From contig JAFSHW010000038.1 of the NCBI GenBank assembly GCA_017440085.1, positions 8,245 through 72,244 of the forward strand: a stretch of 64,000 bases of DNA, written 5' to 3'. Source of the stretch: Clostridia bacterium. GTDB taxonomy: Bacteria; Bacillota; Clostridia; Oscillospirales; UBA644. Below are positions 45,140 to 53,272 of the stretch, in pieces. The translations under genes were made by a program, and so were the position numbers. The notes below the pieces were generated by a model. That model did no database searches, had not been told where the DNA came from, and worked only from the letters and a program-made list of their open reading frames with translations. The stretch's first letter is position 1. Each line of letters opens with the position of its first letter.

Positions 45140-46084
45140 TTAATCCTGGTAAATAACCATTCTGTTAATAATCAAGAATACAACTCCGACGAATACCAAT
45201 ACTACAGCCGTGTAAACCCAAGAAAGCGATGACGCTACGGCGTAGGTACTTGGGCTAGCCAATCTTTGCGCGATGAATTTTACCGCAAGGTTATCAGCTT
45301 TAAGGAACTGGTCGATAACTGTATAAATCGCATTAACGAGAATGAGGGGGCTGACGTAGGGGAAGGAAATTTTCCAGAAAACTTCCCAACCCGTTGCGCC
45401 TTCAACCTGTGCTGCTTCGTACATACTTGTGGAAATACCCTGAAGACCGGAAAGGAATACCAACATCTGAACACCGGAAGAGGTTATGATGGAGTAAAGA
45501 CTTTCGATGGCTGTAAGCACGATATTTGCAAGGTCTGCATTGTTAAGAGTCTGAAGAATCAGATTTGCGAATGATGCGTAGTTAAAGATGTTTGACGCAC
45601 CGGAAGCGGAACCGATTTCCATTTTTTCCGCAGACTGATAAACGTCCATCATAGAGCTCATATTTTCTACTTCTGCGATAATACCTGTGGAGATAATAAC
45701 GGGAACGAAGAAGATAACACGGGCAGCAGTCTTACCAAGGAAGTTCTGGTTAAGAATGTTAGCCATAAAGAATGCGAAAATAAGAATAATGGGAATCTGA
45801 ATGATAATACCTGAGGTGGATTCGATAACCGTTCTCAAAAAGTTTTCTCCGCCGAACAAAGCTTCGTAGTAGTTTTGCCAGCCGGCAAAGGTTGTTTTAA
45901 AGCCTTCGCTCGTAACTTCGATACTACTGAATGAATATTTGAGAGACTGAATAACAGCGGGAAGATAAATGCAAGCAAAACCTATGATGATAGGGAGAAC
46001 GAATATGTAGCCGTAAAGATTTTGTTTTCTTTCAAGAGAAAATCTTTGTCTCTTAGGCATTTTTTCAATTGTTACTTTACTCAT
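45140..46084 (-). CDS. sugar ABC transporter permease (MalF-type), second pair
   Basis: EAA loop YEAAQVEGATGWEVFWKISFP. There is a 4-nt ATGA overlap with the upstream gene. Confidence 0.8.
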   Translation of the reverse strand: MSKVTIEKMPKRQRFSLERKQNLYGYIFVLPIIIGFACIYLPAVIQSLKYSFSSIEVTSEGFKTTFAGWQNYYEALFGGENFLRTVIESTSGIIIQIPIILIFAFFMANILNQNFLGKTAARVIFFVPVIISTGIIAEVENMSSMMDVYQSAEKMEIGSASGASNIFNYASFANLILQTLNNADLANIVLTAIESLYSIITSSGVQMLVFLSGLQGISTSMYEAAQVEGATGWEVFWKISFPYVSPLILVNAIYTVIDQFLKADNLAVKFIAQRLASPSTYAVASSLSWVYTAVVLVFVGVVFLIINRMVIYQD

Positions 46085-48993
46085 TTTACATTCACCTCCA
46101 CATAACCTTTGGCAGATACTTGTGTACCGTCTTCAAGTTCCACGTCGAAATCGTTGTAGTTAACGATGAACTTAACGGAATTACCGTAAGTTGTAGCGTA
46201 AACTCCGCCAATATCAACCTTTTCAACGGAACCTACGTGGTAAGCTTCTAAGATCTCGTGGTTTGTAATGGGTTTGTTTGCCACTTTATTCATAAGATCG
46301 GAAACTTCTGCGTAGAGAGTAGCTGCTGTTTCAAGTGAGTTCTTATAGTTTACGGAATACCAATCCTGGAATACGTAATCAGTATTGCTGAGGATTCCGT
46401 TATCTGCACCCATCCAACGGAAGTATACGCCGCTACCTGTTTCAAGAAGCTGGAGAACTGCAGTTTCGTAGTCGCCGGACTTATTGAGAGGTTCGCTTGC
46501 GTAGTCTACGTAACCGTGAAGAACCATCTGAATGAAGGGGATTGCTTCTGTTGTAGACATATATTGGCTGGAGCCAACGGGAACGTTAAGAAGGTGGGTT
46601 GCATATTTCCAGGTATAGTCGTTACCTGTTTCAAAAATCATATCATAGCCGTCGAAAGTTTCGATAGCGCTGATGTGATGGTCAAGAGCCTGAGTACGGT
46701 TGATAATTCTACCGATTTTGTAGTTAGTATCAATAACTGAACCGATACCGCTGAGAGAAACCTGCTTGTTAGAAACAAGTTCTTCAAGGTCAGCCTTGAA
46801 GCCTGCTGCCATATCGGGAATCTTATCTGCAGAAACTACAGTCAGGTCAAAACCTGATTTCCAAGTTTCGCCTGTGGAGTAAAGTCTGCCGAGATTCTGA
46901 GCAACTGTCATATCAAGACGTCTTGCAGCATCCTGAGAGAAATTCATAGAGTCAAAAGCTTTATCTTTTACAACGTAAATGAGATTAGCGTCAGGATAGA
47001 AGCTGATTTCTTTACTCTGGAGGTATTCAGCAGCATCTTTGAGCTCTGAAGCGGAACCGAGAGCTGATACAAAGTCGACTTTATCGTAAATTGTATTGTA
47101 GTAGCCTTCGTTTGCCCAATAGAGGTATCTGAAATTGATATTTTCTACGCCTTTTTCAAGGAGAGCATCGGCGATTTCCTTAATCTGATTGTAAGTTGTA
47201 AGAGCTACAACGTGGTCTACGGGAATACCAACAACGGATTCTGTCTTATTGATAGCTCCGAGAAGGTCTACGTAGAAGGGAACTTCGGAATCAGACTTAA
47301 CAGTAGCGGGAAGAGCTTCTTTTTCGATGAGGTAATCTCTGTAGAAGTTAGCATAGTCAGCGTGTGTCCAGTCGCCTTCGTTGAAGAAGTAATCAACTGT
47401 GAATACTGCAATGTTTTCTTCTTTGGAAAGTACAGCACCGGAGCTGGAAGTACTGCTTGAAGAAGAACCGCCTATTTCAGTAGAAGAGGTTCCCTGACCG
47501 CCTGAATAAGTAAGGTAGCTTCTTTCAGAGTAAACGAAATCGTAGTTGATAGAAGTACCGGGGTTGTTGGAGGTATTGGAAGGTCTTGCAGTCGCGAAAG
47601 CCTGAGAGCCGCCGTTGGAAAGAATTGCAACCATACCACCCAATGAAGAACGGTCAAATGAAAGGAAAGGAGTTACAACCTGCTCTACGGGAGATTCCTG
47701 AACAGAAAGCTGGAAGGAGTCATCCAAGCCGTATACACGAGCTGTGAATGCGTCAGTTGTAAGGTTTCCTTTAGCGGGCATTATAGCGCCGGAACCGTCG
47801 GGAATGATAACGTAAGGTGTGATGTTATACATCTTGTTCGCCGTACCCGTAACCTTTTCGCCCTGTTCACCAACCATAACAGAACCGAAAGCTCTGTAAA
47901 GAGTAATCTTATAAAGCTTCTGTTTTTCGGGGGCAAGGATAAGATTTGAGTCAACAGTTACGCTGAGACCTTCTTCTGTAAGAGTAAGGTCAACGGGAAT
48001 TGTGTACAAAACTGCTCTGGAGGGACCGCTGTATTCAACTGCGTCCATTTCCTTTTTAAGCATCTCAGGAGTAAATCCTGCTGCTTCCATAGCTTCTTTA
48101 ACAAGAGTTTTCTGACGGTTGTTAAGATTTCTTGATATTCGCATGGGGAACATCTGAATTGTAGGATAGTCCTTAGCGTAACGCTCAATTTCTTCGAGCT
48201 CAAGCTCGTCAGGTTGTGTTTCTTTATAACAAACACCCAAGTTGGAGATGTGCTTTGCGCCACCGTCAACTTTTTCAAGACGACCGATTACCCAATCCCA
48301 AGTATCTATTGTAAGAACGGGAGGAACGAGGTCTGCATTTGCGTCGTTACCGATTGTGTAAATTACACGAATCGTATCATCATCCATCTTAACGATTTTC
48401 AATCTATTGACGTTGATACAATGATCCATTGCGTTAAATTCATAACGCTTGTTTGCAATATCGTAAGCTTCAACCGCAATGGGAGAAACTATGGGGTCAG
48501 TAACGTCTTCTTTAGCATTACCGTAGTTTGTGAATGCACTGGAAGTATCTGCAGGGTTAGAGTGGTAGATATTACCGGTTCTCTTATCCAAAACTGCGAT
48601 AGCACTCATATTTTCTTCGCCCTCTTCACGCATAAGGGTCATATAAAGTGAGTAATTATCGTTATCAAGGAGAAGAACCATATCGTCAAGACCCATTCTG
48701 AGACCGTTCATTACGGAACCCTGAGGACCGACTTCCTTATCTTTGTAGTCTTCGTGGACTACCCATTCGTGAGTAGTTTTAACGACTTCAAAGCCGTCTT
48801 CAATTACGGTAGTTTCCGTTGTAACATTTTCGGCAAGCATTTCACCGTCGCCGATAAGGCTGAGAATGTGAGCTTCTCTTTCTTCGTCTGTAATATTACT
48901 TGATTTATTATCCGTAGCTTTGCAGGAAGAGAAAGAAATGAGTGACGTGAGCATAATAGAAAGCAGCAGCACGTAAGAAATTATTTTTTTCAT
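46081..48993 (-). CDS. large (about 970 aa) extracytoplasmic lipoprotein of unknown function (DUF5696-like, from memory)
   Basis: ATG at 48993 gives MKKIISYVLLLSIMLTSLISFSSC (lipobox), and AGGAGG lies 12 nt upstream. The ORF track starts at 49017. No catalytic motif recognised by eye. Confidence 0.5.
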   Translation of the reverse strand: MKKIISYVLLLSIMLTSLISFSSCKATDNKSSNITDEEREAHILSLIGDGEMLAENVTTETTVIEDGFEVVKTTHEWVVHEDYKDKEVGPQGSVMNGLRMGLDDMVLLLDNDNYSLYMTLMREEGEENMSAIAVLDKRTGNIYHSNPADTSSAFTNYGNAKEDVTDPIVSPIAVEAYDIANKRYEFNAMDHCINVNRLKIVKMDDDTIRVIYTIGNDANADLVPPVLTIDTWDWVIGRLEKVDGGAKHISNLGVCYKETQPDELELEEIERYAKDYPTIQMFPMRISRNLNNRQKTLVKEAMEAAGFTPEMLKKEMDAVEYSGPSRAVLYTIPVDLTLTEEGLSVTVDSNLILAPEKQKLYKITLYRAFGSVMVGEQGEKVTGTANKMYNITPYVIIPDGSGAIMPAKGNLTTDAFTARVYGLDDSFQLSVQESPVEQVVTPFLSFDRSSLGGMVAILSNGGSQAFATARPSNTSNNPGTSINYDFVYSERSYLTYSGGQGTSSTEIGGSSSSSTSSSGAVLSKEENIAVFTVDYFFNEGDWTHADYANFYRDYLIEKEALPATVKSDSEVPFYVDLLGAINKTESVVGIPVDHVVALTTYNQIKEIADALLEKGVENINFRYLYWANEGYYNTIYDKVDFVSALGSASELKDAAEYLQSKEISFYPDANLIYVVKDKAFDSMNFSQDAARRLDMTVAQNLGRLYSTGETWKSGFDLTVVSADKIPDMAAGFKADLEELVSNKQVSLSGIGSVIDTNYKIGRIINRTQALDHHISAIETFDGYDMIFETGNDYTWKYATHLLNVPVGSSQYMSTTEAIPFIQMVLHGYVDYASEPLNKSGDYETAVLQLLETGSGVYFRWMGADNGILSNTDYVFQDWYSVNYKNSLETAATLYAEVSDLMNKVANKPITNHEILEAYHVGSVEKVDIGGVYATTYGNSVKFIVNYNDFDVELEDGTQVSAKGYVEVNVK

Positions 48994-49009
48994 TTTAAAC
49001 CACGGCCTC

Positions 49010-49693
49010 CTATTCATTAAGTCTGAAGCTTATTTCCGTATACAAGGATGAGATAAAACCAACAACCTGTGATACAAGGTAGAAAACAAGCACTGCAATA
49101 AAGATAATTACCAAAATACCTACAATTGAAAGAATTGCGGTAGCGATAGCTTTTGAAACTGAATACTGGTGTGTAACCATCATTCCGAGGAACACCATAC
49201 CGTAGCACCAAACAAAGCTGAAGCCAACTATGAATACGTAAATGCTTTCTTCTTCCAATGATACGAAGTTACTGATAGGTACCAAGAGGAAGTTGCAGAT
49301 AGTCATTGGCAACGTTGCAAAAGCTGTTGCGCAGAAGATGTCTTTAAGGCTTCCGTCACCGTCCATAAGAGAGGTGAAGCACCAGTTTGCGATGGTGAAC
49401 AAAAGGAATGGAGCTACTGCTTTGAAGACTTCCATAAATACGTTCAAATAGAGCTGTTCGCCGGTACTTTCAGTAAACAAGTAACCAGTGAGCTGTCTCT
49501 TAACGATGGAAGAAAATGCAAGCATAACCAAGAGGAAGATTGAACCGGAAACAGTTCTTCTTTTAGGGTCGTTTTTCAAATCGAAAAATCCGTCAATGGG
49601 GTGAGCAAGAATGTAAAAAGCGTATTTAAGACGTTTAAACATTTCTACTGTGCCCGCGCCGAATTTTTTAAGGCCGGAACTTATTGACTTCAT
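49010..49693 (-). CDS. Yip1-domain integral membrane protein
   Basis: HPIDGFFDLK followed by five TM helices. The start overlaps the stop of the NHL gene by 1 nt (TAATG). Confidence 0.6.
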   Translation of the reverse strand: MKSISSGLKKFGAGTVEMFKRLKYAFYILAHPIDGFFDLKNDPKRRTVSGSIFLLVMLAFSSIVKRQLTGYLFTESTGEQLYLNVFMEVFKAVAPFLLFTIANWCFTSLMDGDGSLKDIFCATAFATLPMTICNFLLVPISNFVSLEEESIYVFIVGFSFVWCYGMVFLGMMVTHQYSVSKAIATAILSIVGILVIIFIAVLVFYLVSQVVGFISSLYTEISFRLNE

Positions 49694-51321
49694 TATTTAG
49701 CACCCCTTTCACCATTCTTCTTTTTCTTGACTTTGGAAACTACGTAGAGAGCAACTATGCCAACCACTACTACGCCGATACCTGCAACGATGAAACCAAA
49801 GTTTTCGCTGAGGCTATCTTTTCTGAGTTCTTTGAAGGTCTTGGAATAGTAGGTTTTTTCGTTTGAATATTTGAAATATTCAAGAGCCTGTTCGTAACCT
49901 TCAAGGTCGGATTCTGCCATAGAAATTCTCATCTGAGCTTTTCCCAAGCCTGTGTATGCAATGTAGAGGTTAGAGTTGTAGTCAAGTACCTTCTGCCATT
50001 CTACGAGAGCTTCTTCATATCTGCCGTTTGCACTTGCGCTTGTGGCTTTATTAATTGTCCTTGCGTATTCCGTAATTTTGTAAACTGTGATAGTATCGTT
50101 ACCTGTATCGGAAACCACAATATCTTCACCGAAGAGGGCGATGGAAGCGGCTGTTTTAATACGGCCGAACTGGTTAGAGGAAGCGCCGCCTGCGATGTAG
50201 AGGAGGTTACCGTCTATATCGTAAGTGAAGAATCTACCCGTTTTAGCATCAAGGATTGAGTATCTGCCGGAATTTTCTTCAACTGCTACGTCAACCATCT
50301 GTGGAGGATTGAACATTGTAACTTCAAGGTCACCGATAGGTGAATACATACCGTTTCTTCTGAGAACGTCAGTACCGGAAGGACTGAGTTTCTGAACGGG
50401 AGCACCTGCACCGGAAACGCCTGTCGCGCCGTCGTCTGTAGTAACGTAATTTGATACCATAGCTTCAGCGTCAATTGTTGCAATAGTTGAATAAATGAAG
50501 CCTTTGCTGTCAATACAAATATTAGAGAATTCAGTAGGAACGTTTCTGATAAGAGTCTTTTTCTGTTCTTCGGAAGCGATAAGTCTCCAGAACCATTCGG
50601 TAGCATCGAAAGAAACTGCAGGTGCACCGAAGAAAGTACGGAATTCGCCGTCAGAAGAAATTTCAAGGAGACCTCTGTTTACGGAGTATGCAACTACCTG
50701 CATAGCGCCTGTTCTGTCAACTGTAAGTTTCAAGGGTTTGAAAACGTAGTTGTCAAGAACTGAGGGGCTGATTCCCTGGTAAACGTTGTATACAAGACCG
50801 TCTTCATCACAAATTACGATTCTGCGGTTTTCCGTATCGCAAACGTAAATCATACCGTCATTTGTAACAAAAATACCTTCAGGTTTATTTAAGATATTTT
50901 TGTTAAGGGTAGCAACGATGGGATCTGCCTTAGGGTCTCCGTTACCGTCGATTACCCATTGGTAAAGTTCGGGAATTTTATATTCCGCGGAATCTTTAAG
51001 ATTTTTAACTGTTTTGAGAAGATTGTAGTCTTCATCAAGAATAAGGATTTGGCTGTTGCCCTTATCAACTACATAGATTTTACCGTTTCTTGCGAAAAGG
51101 TCAACGGGTTCAAAGTTGTTCAAAATGCCGAAATCATCTTTTGAAAAAACCTTTTCCGCTTTGTAAGCTACGGGAGCCTTAACAGAAGCACCGTAATAGT
51201 CATATATGTAGTTATCTGTGATTTCGGTATTCATAGGAAGGGCAAAAGAGGTCACAGCTGTGGAAGCAAGCATAACGACGAGCATTACCAAGCAAAGCAA
51301 TGATTTAACGTGATTTTTCAT
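49693..51321 (-). CDS. NHL-repeat beta-propeller protein with TPR-like segment and C-terminal TM anchor
   Basis: Signal peptide. NHL-like blades (PEGIFVTNDGMIYVCDTENRRIVICDEDG; NGKIYVVDKGNSQILILD; DIVVSDTGNDTITVY). TPR-like RYEEALVEWQKVLDYNSN. TM helix plus a KKKK tail. Confidence 0.7.
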   Translation of the reverse strand: MKNHVKSLLCLVMLVVMLASTAVTSFALPMNTEITDNYIYDYYGASVKAPVAYKAEKVFSKDDFGILNNFEPVDLFARNGKIYVVDKGNSQILILDEDYNLLKTVKNLKDSAEYKIPELYQWVIDGNGDPKADPIVATLNKNILNKPEGIFVTNDGMIYVCDTENRRIVICDEDGLVYNVYQGISPSVLDNYVFKPLKLTVDRTGAMQVVAYSVNRGLLEISSDGEFRTFFGAPAVSFDATEWFWRLIASEEQKKTLIRNVPTEFSNICIDSKGFIYSTIATIDAEAMVSNYVTTDDGATGVSGAGAPVQKLSPSGTDVLRRNGMYSPIGDLEVTMFNPPQMVDVAVEENSGRYSILDAKTGRFFTYDIDGNLLYIAGGASSNQFGRIKTAASIALFGEDIVVSDTGNDTITVYKITEYARTINKATSASANGRYEEALVEWQKVLDYNSNLYIAYTGLGKAQMRISMAESDLEGYEQALEYFKYSNEKTYYSKTFKELRKDSLSENFGFIVAGIGVVVVGIVALYVVSKVKKKKNGERGAK

Positions 51322-51339
51322 CTCATTCTGCTCCTTTCT

Positions 51340-52314
51340 TTAGTCTTTCATACCGGATGTAGCCATTGTTTCGAGAATGTTACTCTGTGTAATAAGGAAG
51401 GTTATTACAGGAACAATCATCATTACTACTGAAATTGCCATCGAAACGCCCTGACGAGCAATACCTGCGGCAGCAATCTGGCCAAGTGCGTAGTTAAGAG
51501 TTTTAAGTTCTTCTCTGTAAATATAAATCGTGGAGCCCATATTCCAATATTCCTGAACTGCGAAAACGATAAGTGTCATCCACGCGGGTTTCAAGTTAGG
51601 CATAACGATCTGGAAGAAGAGTCTGAATTCGCCTGTACCGTCGATTCGAGCAGCTTCAAGAACTGCATCGGGGAACTGGTCTACGAAGTTTTTAACGAGG
51701 TAAACTGCCATTGAAGAACCGATAGCAGGAACGAGAACAGACCAGTAAGTATCAATCCAACCGAAAGCAGCCATCGTCATATAGTTAGCGATACCTGCTG
51801 CAGGGGCTGCAAACATAAGTGAGAATGAGATAACACTCATAATCATATTCTTACCGGGGAACTGTCTCTTTGAAAGGGGGTACGAAGCCATCGTACCGAA
51901 GATAACTCTCAAGGTTGTACCAACGGCTGTGATAAATACCGTATTAAACAAGTATTTAGACATAGGAACCAAGGAGTTCGACATAATGTTAATCAAGTCA
52001 ACATAGTTCTTTCCTGTGGGATTCTGAACTATCAAGGTTGGGGGGAATAGGAACAACTCATACAAAGGTTTGAGTGAGTTACTGATAGCGAAGATAAGGG
52101 GGAATGCCATGAACACACCGCCTATGAGGAGGAACAGGAACATAAACAAGTCGCCGCCGAAGCTTCTGTTAACTCTTGACTTAAAGAGTTTCTTTTTCTT
52201 ATAGTGAATTTCTCGTCCTTCAGCGTCGTACTTTGGTCTTTTCTTAAATATACCGACCATTTCCTGCTCTTGAGCAACGCCGTCAACGATTATAACGTTT
52301 TTCTTTTTAGCCAT
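51340..52314 (-). CDS. carbohydrate ABC transporter permease (MalG-type), first pair
   Basis: EAA loop LEAARIDGTGEFRLFFQIVMP. AGGAGGGG RBS. Confidence 0.8.
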   Translation of the reverse strand: MAKKKNVIIVDGVAQEQEMVGIFKKRPKYDAEGREIHYKKKKLFKSRVNRSFGGDLFMFLFLLIGGVFMAFPLIFAISNSLKPLYELFLFPPTLIVQNPTGKNYVDLINIMSNSLVPMSKYLFNTVFITAVGTTLRVIFGTMASYPLSKRQFPGKNMIMSVISFSLMFAAPAAGIANYMTMAAFGWIDTYWSVLVPAIGSSMAVYLVKNFVDQFPDAVLEAARIDGTGEFRLFFQIVMPNLKPAWMTLIVFAVQEYWNMGSTIYIYREELKTLNYALGQIAAAGIARQGVSMAISVVMMIVPVITFLITQSNILETMATSGMKD

Positions 52315-52328
52315 AAATTATCCCCTCC

Positions 52329-53252
52329 TTACTTACCAATTCTGCCAAGCACGAACTGGAATACTTTATTGGCGGAAATAGAGATTACGAAGAGAATCGT
52401 AGCAATCGCGCAGGCATAACCCATTTCAAAACGAGTGCCGCCGTAGTCATCCAAGTGGTGCATAATTGTGTGAAGTGCGTAGCCGTTTGTGGGGAAACCG
52501 AAAACAGCTGTGATAACTGAACCGATACCAAAAGAACCGGAAACGTTAAGAACCGCACCGAAGAGCAACTGACCTCTCATTGAAGGGAGAGTGATGAAGT
52601 AAAGCTCCTGCCATCTGTTCTTAATACCGTCAACAGCGCCTGCTTCGTAAAGTGTGCGGTCAACAGTCTGAAGACCTGCGATAAACGTAAGGAACGTGGT
52701 ACCGAGAGCCTGCCAAAGAACGATGAATACGCAAACTACGAACATCCAAGTTTCATCAGTAAGCCAAATGATAGGTTCGGAGATGATACCGAGGTTCAAA
52801 AGAGCACCGTTGATGTAGCCGTAGCTGTCGCCGGAGAACATAAGCTGCCAAACGTAAGCGAAACCGCCTGAAAGTGAGGGAGCGTAGAAAAGAAGTGTCA
52901 AGAAAGCACGTGGCTTCGGTGGTACTTCGTTAATGAGCCAAGCGAATCCGAAACACATAATATAGGAAAGAGGACCTGTAATAAGTGCCAAAATAAACGT
53001 ATTCTGCAAAGCCAAGGAGAAAATGTCGTCGTTAAGGAACAACTTCTGGTAGTTTGCTATCCCAACAAAGTCAGGGAATTCAAGCATATTAAAGTTTGTA
53101 AGACTGATAAACAAAGACGTAAATACGGGAAGGATTGTAAATATAGTAAACACTACAAGGAACGGACCAAGGAATACTACAACGTCCAAGTTTTCGAATC
53201 TTTTTGAGCTTTTGATTTTATTGACTTTCATTGTGTCATTTTTACTTTTCAT
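52329..53252 (-). CDS. sugar ABC transporter permease (MalF-type), first pair
   Basis: EAA loop YEAGAVDGIKNRWQELYFITLP. GGAGGAGGGG RBS. Confidence 0.8.
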   Translation of the reverse strand: MKSKNDTMKVNKIKSSKRFENLDVVVFLGPFLVVFTIFTILPVFTSLFISLTNFNMLEFPDFVGIANYQKLFLNDDIFSLALQNTFILALITGPLSYIMCFGFAWLINEVPPKPRAFLTLLFYAPSLSGGFAYVWQLMFSGDSYGYINGALLNLGIISEPIIWLTDETWMFVVCVFIVLWQALGTTFLTFIAGLQTVDRTLYEAGAVDGIKNRWQELYFITLPSMRGQLLFGAVLNVSGSFGIGSVITAVFGFPTNGYALHTIMHHLDDYGGTRFEMGYACAIATILFVISISANKVFQFVLGRIGK

Positions 53253-53272
53253 TATTTATTCCCCTCCTCCGA

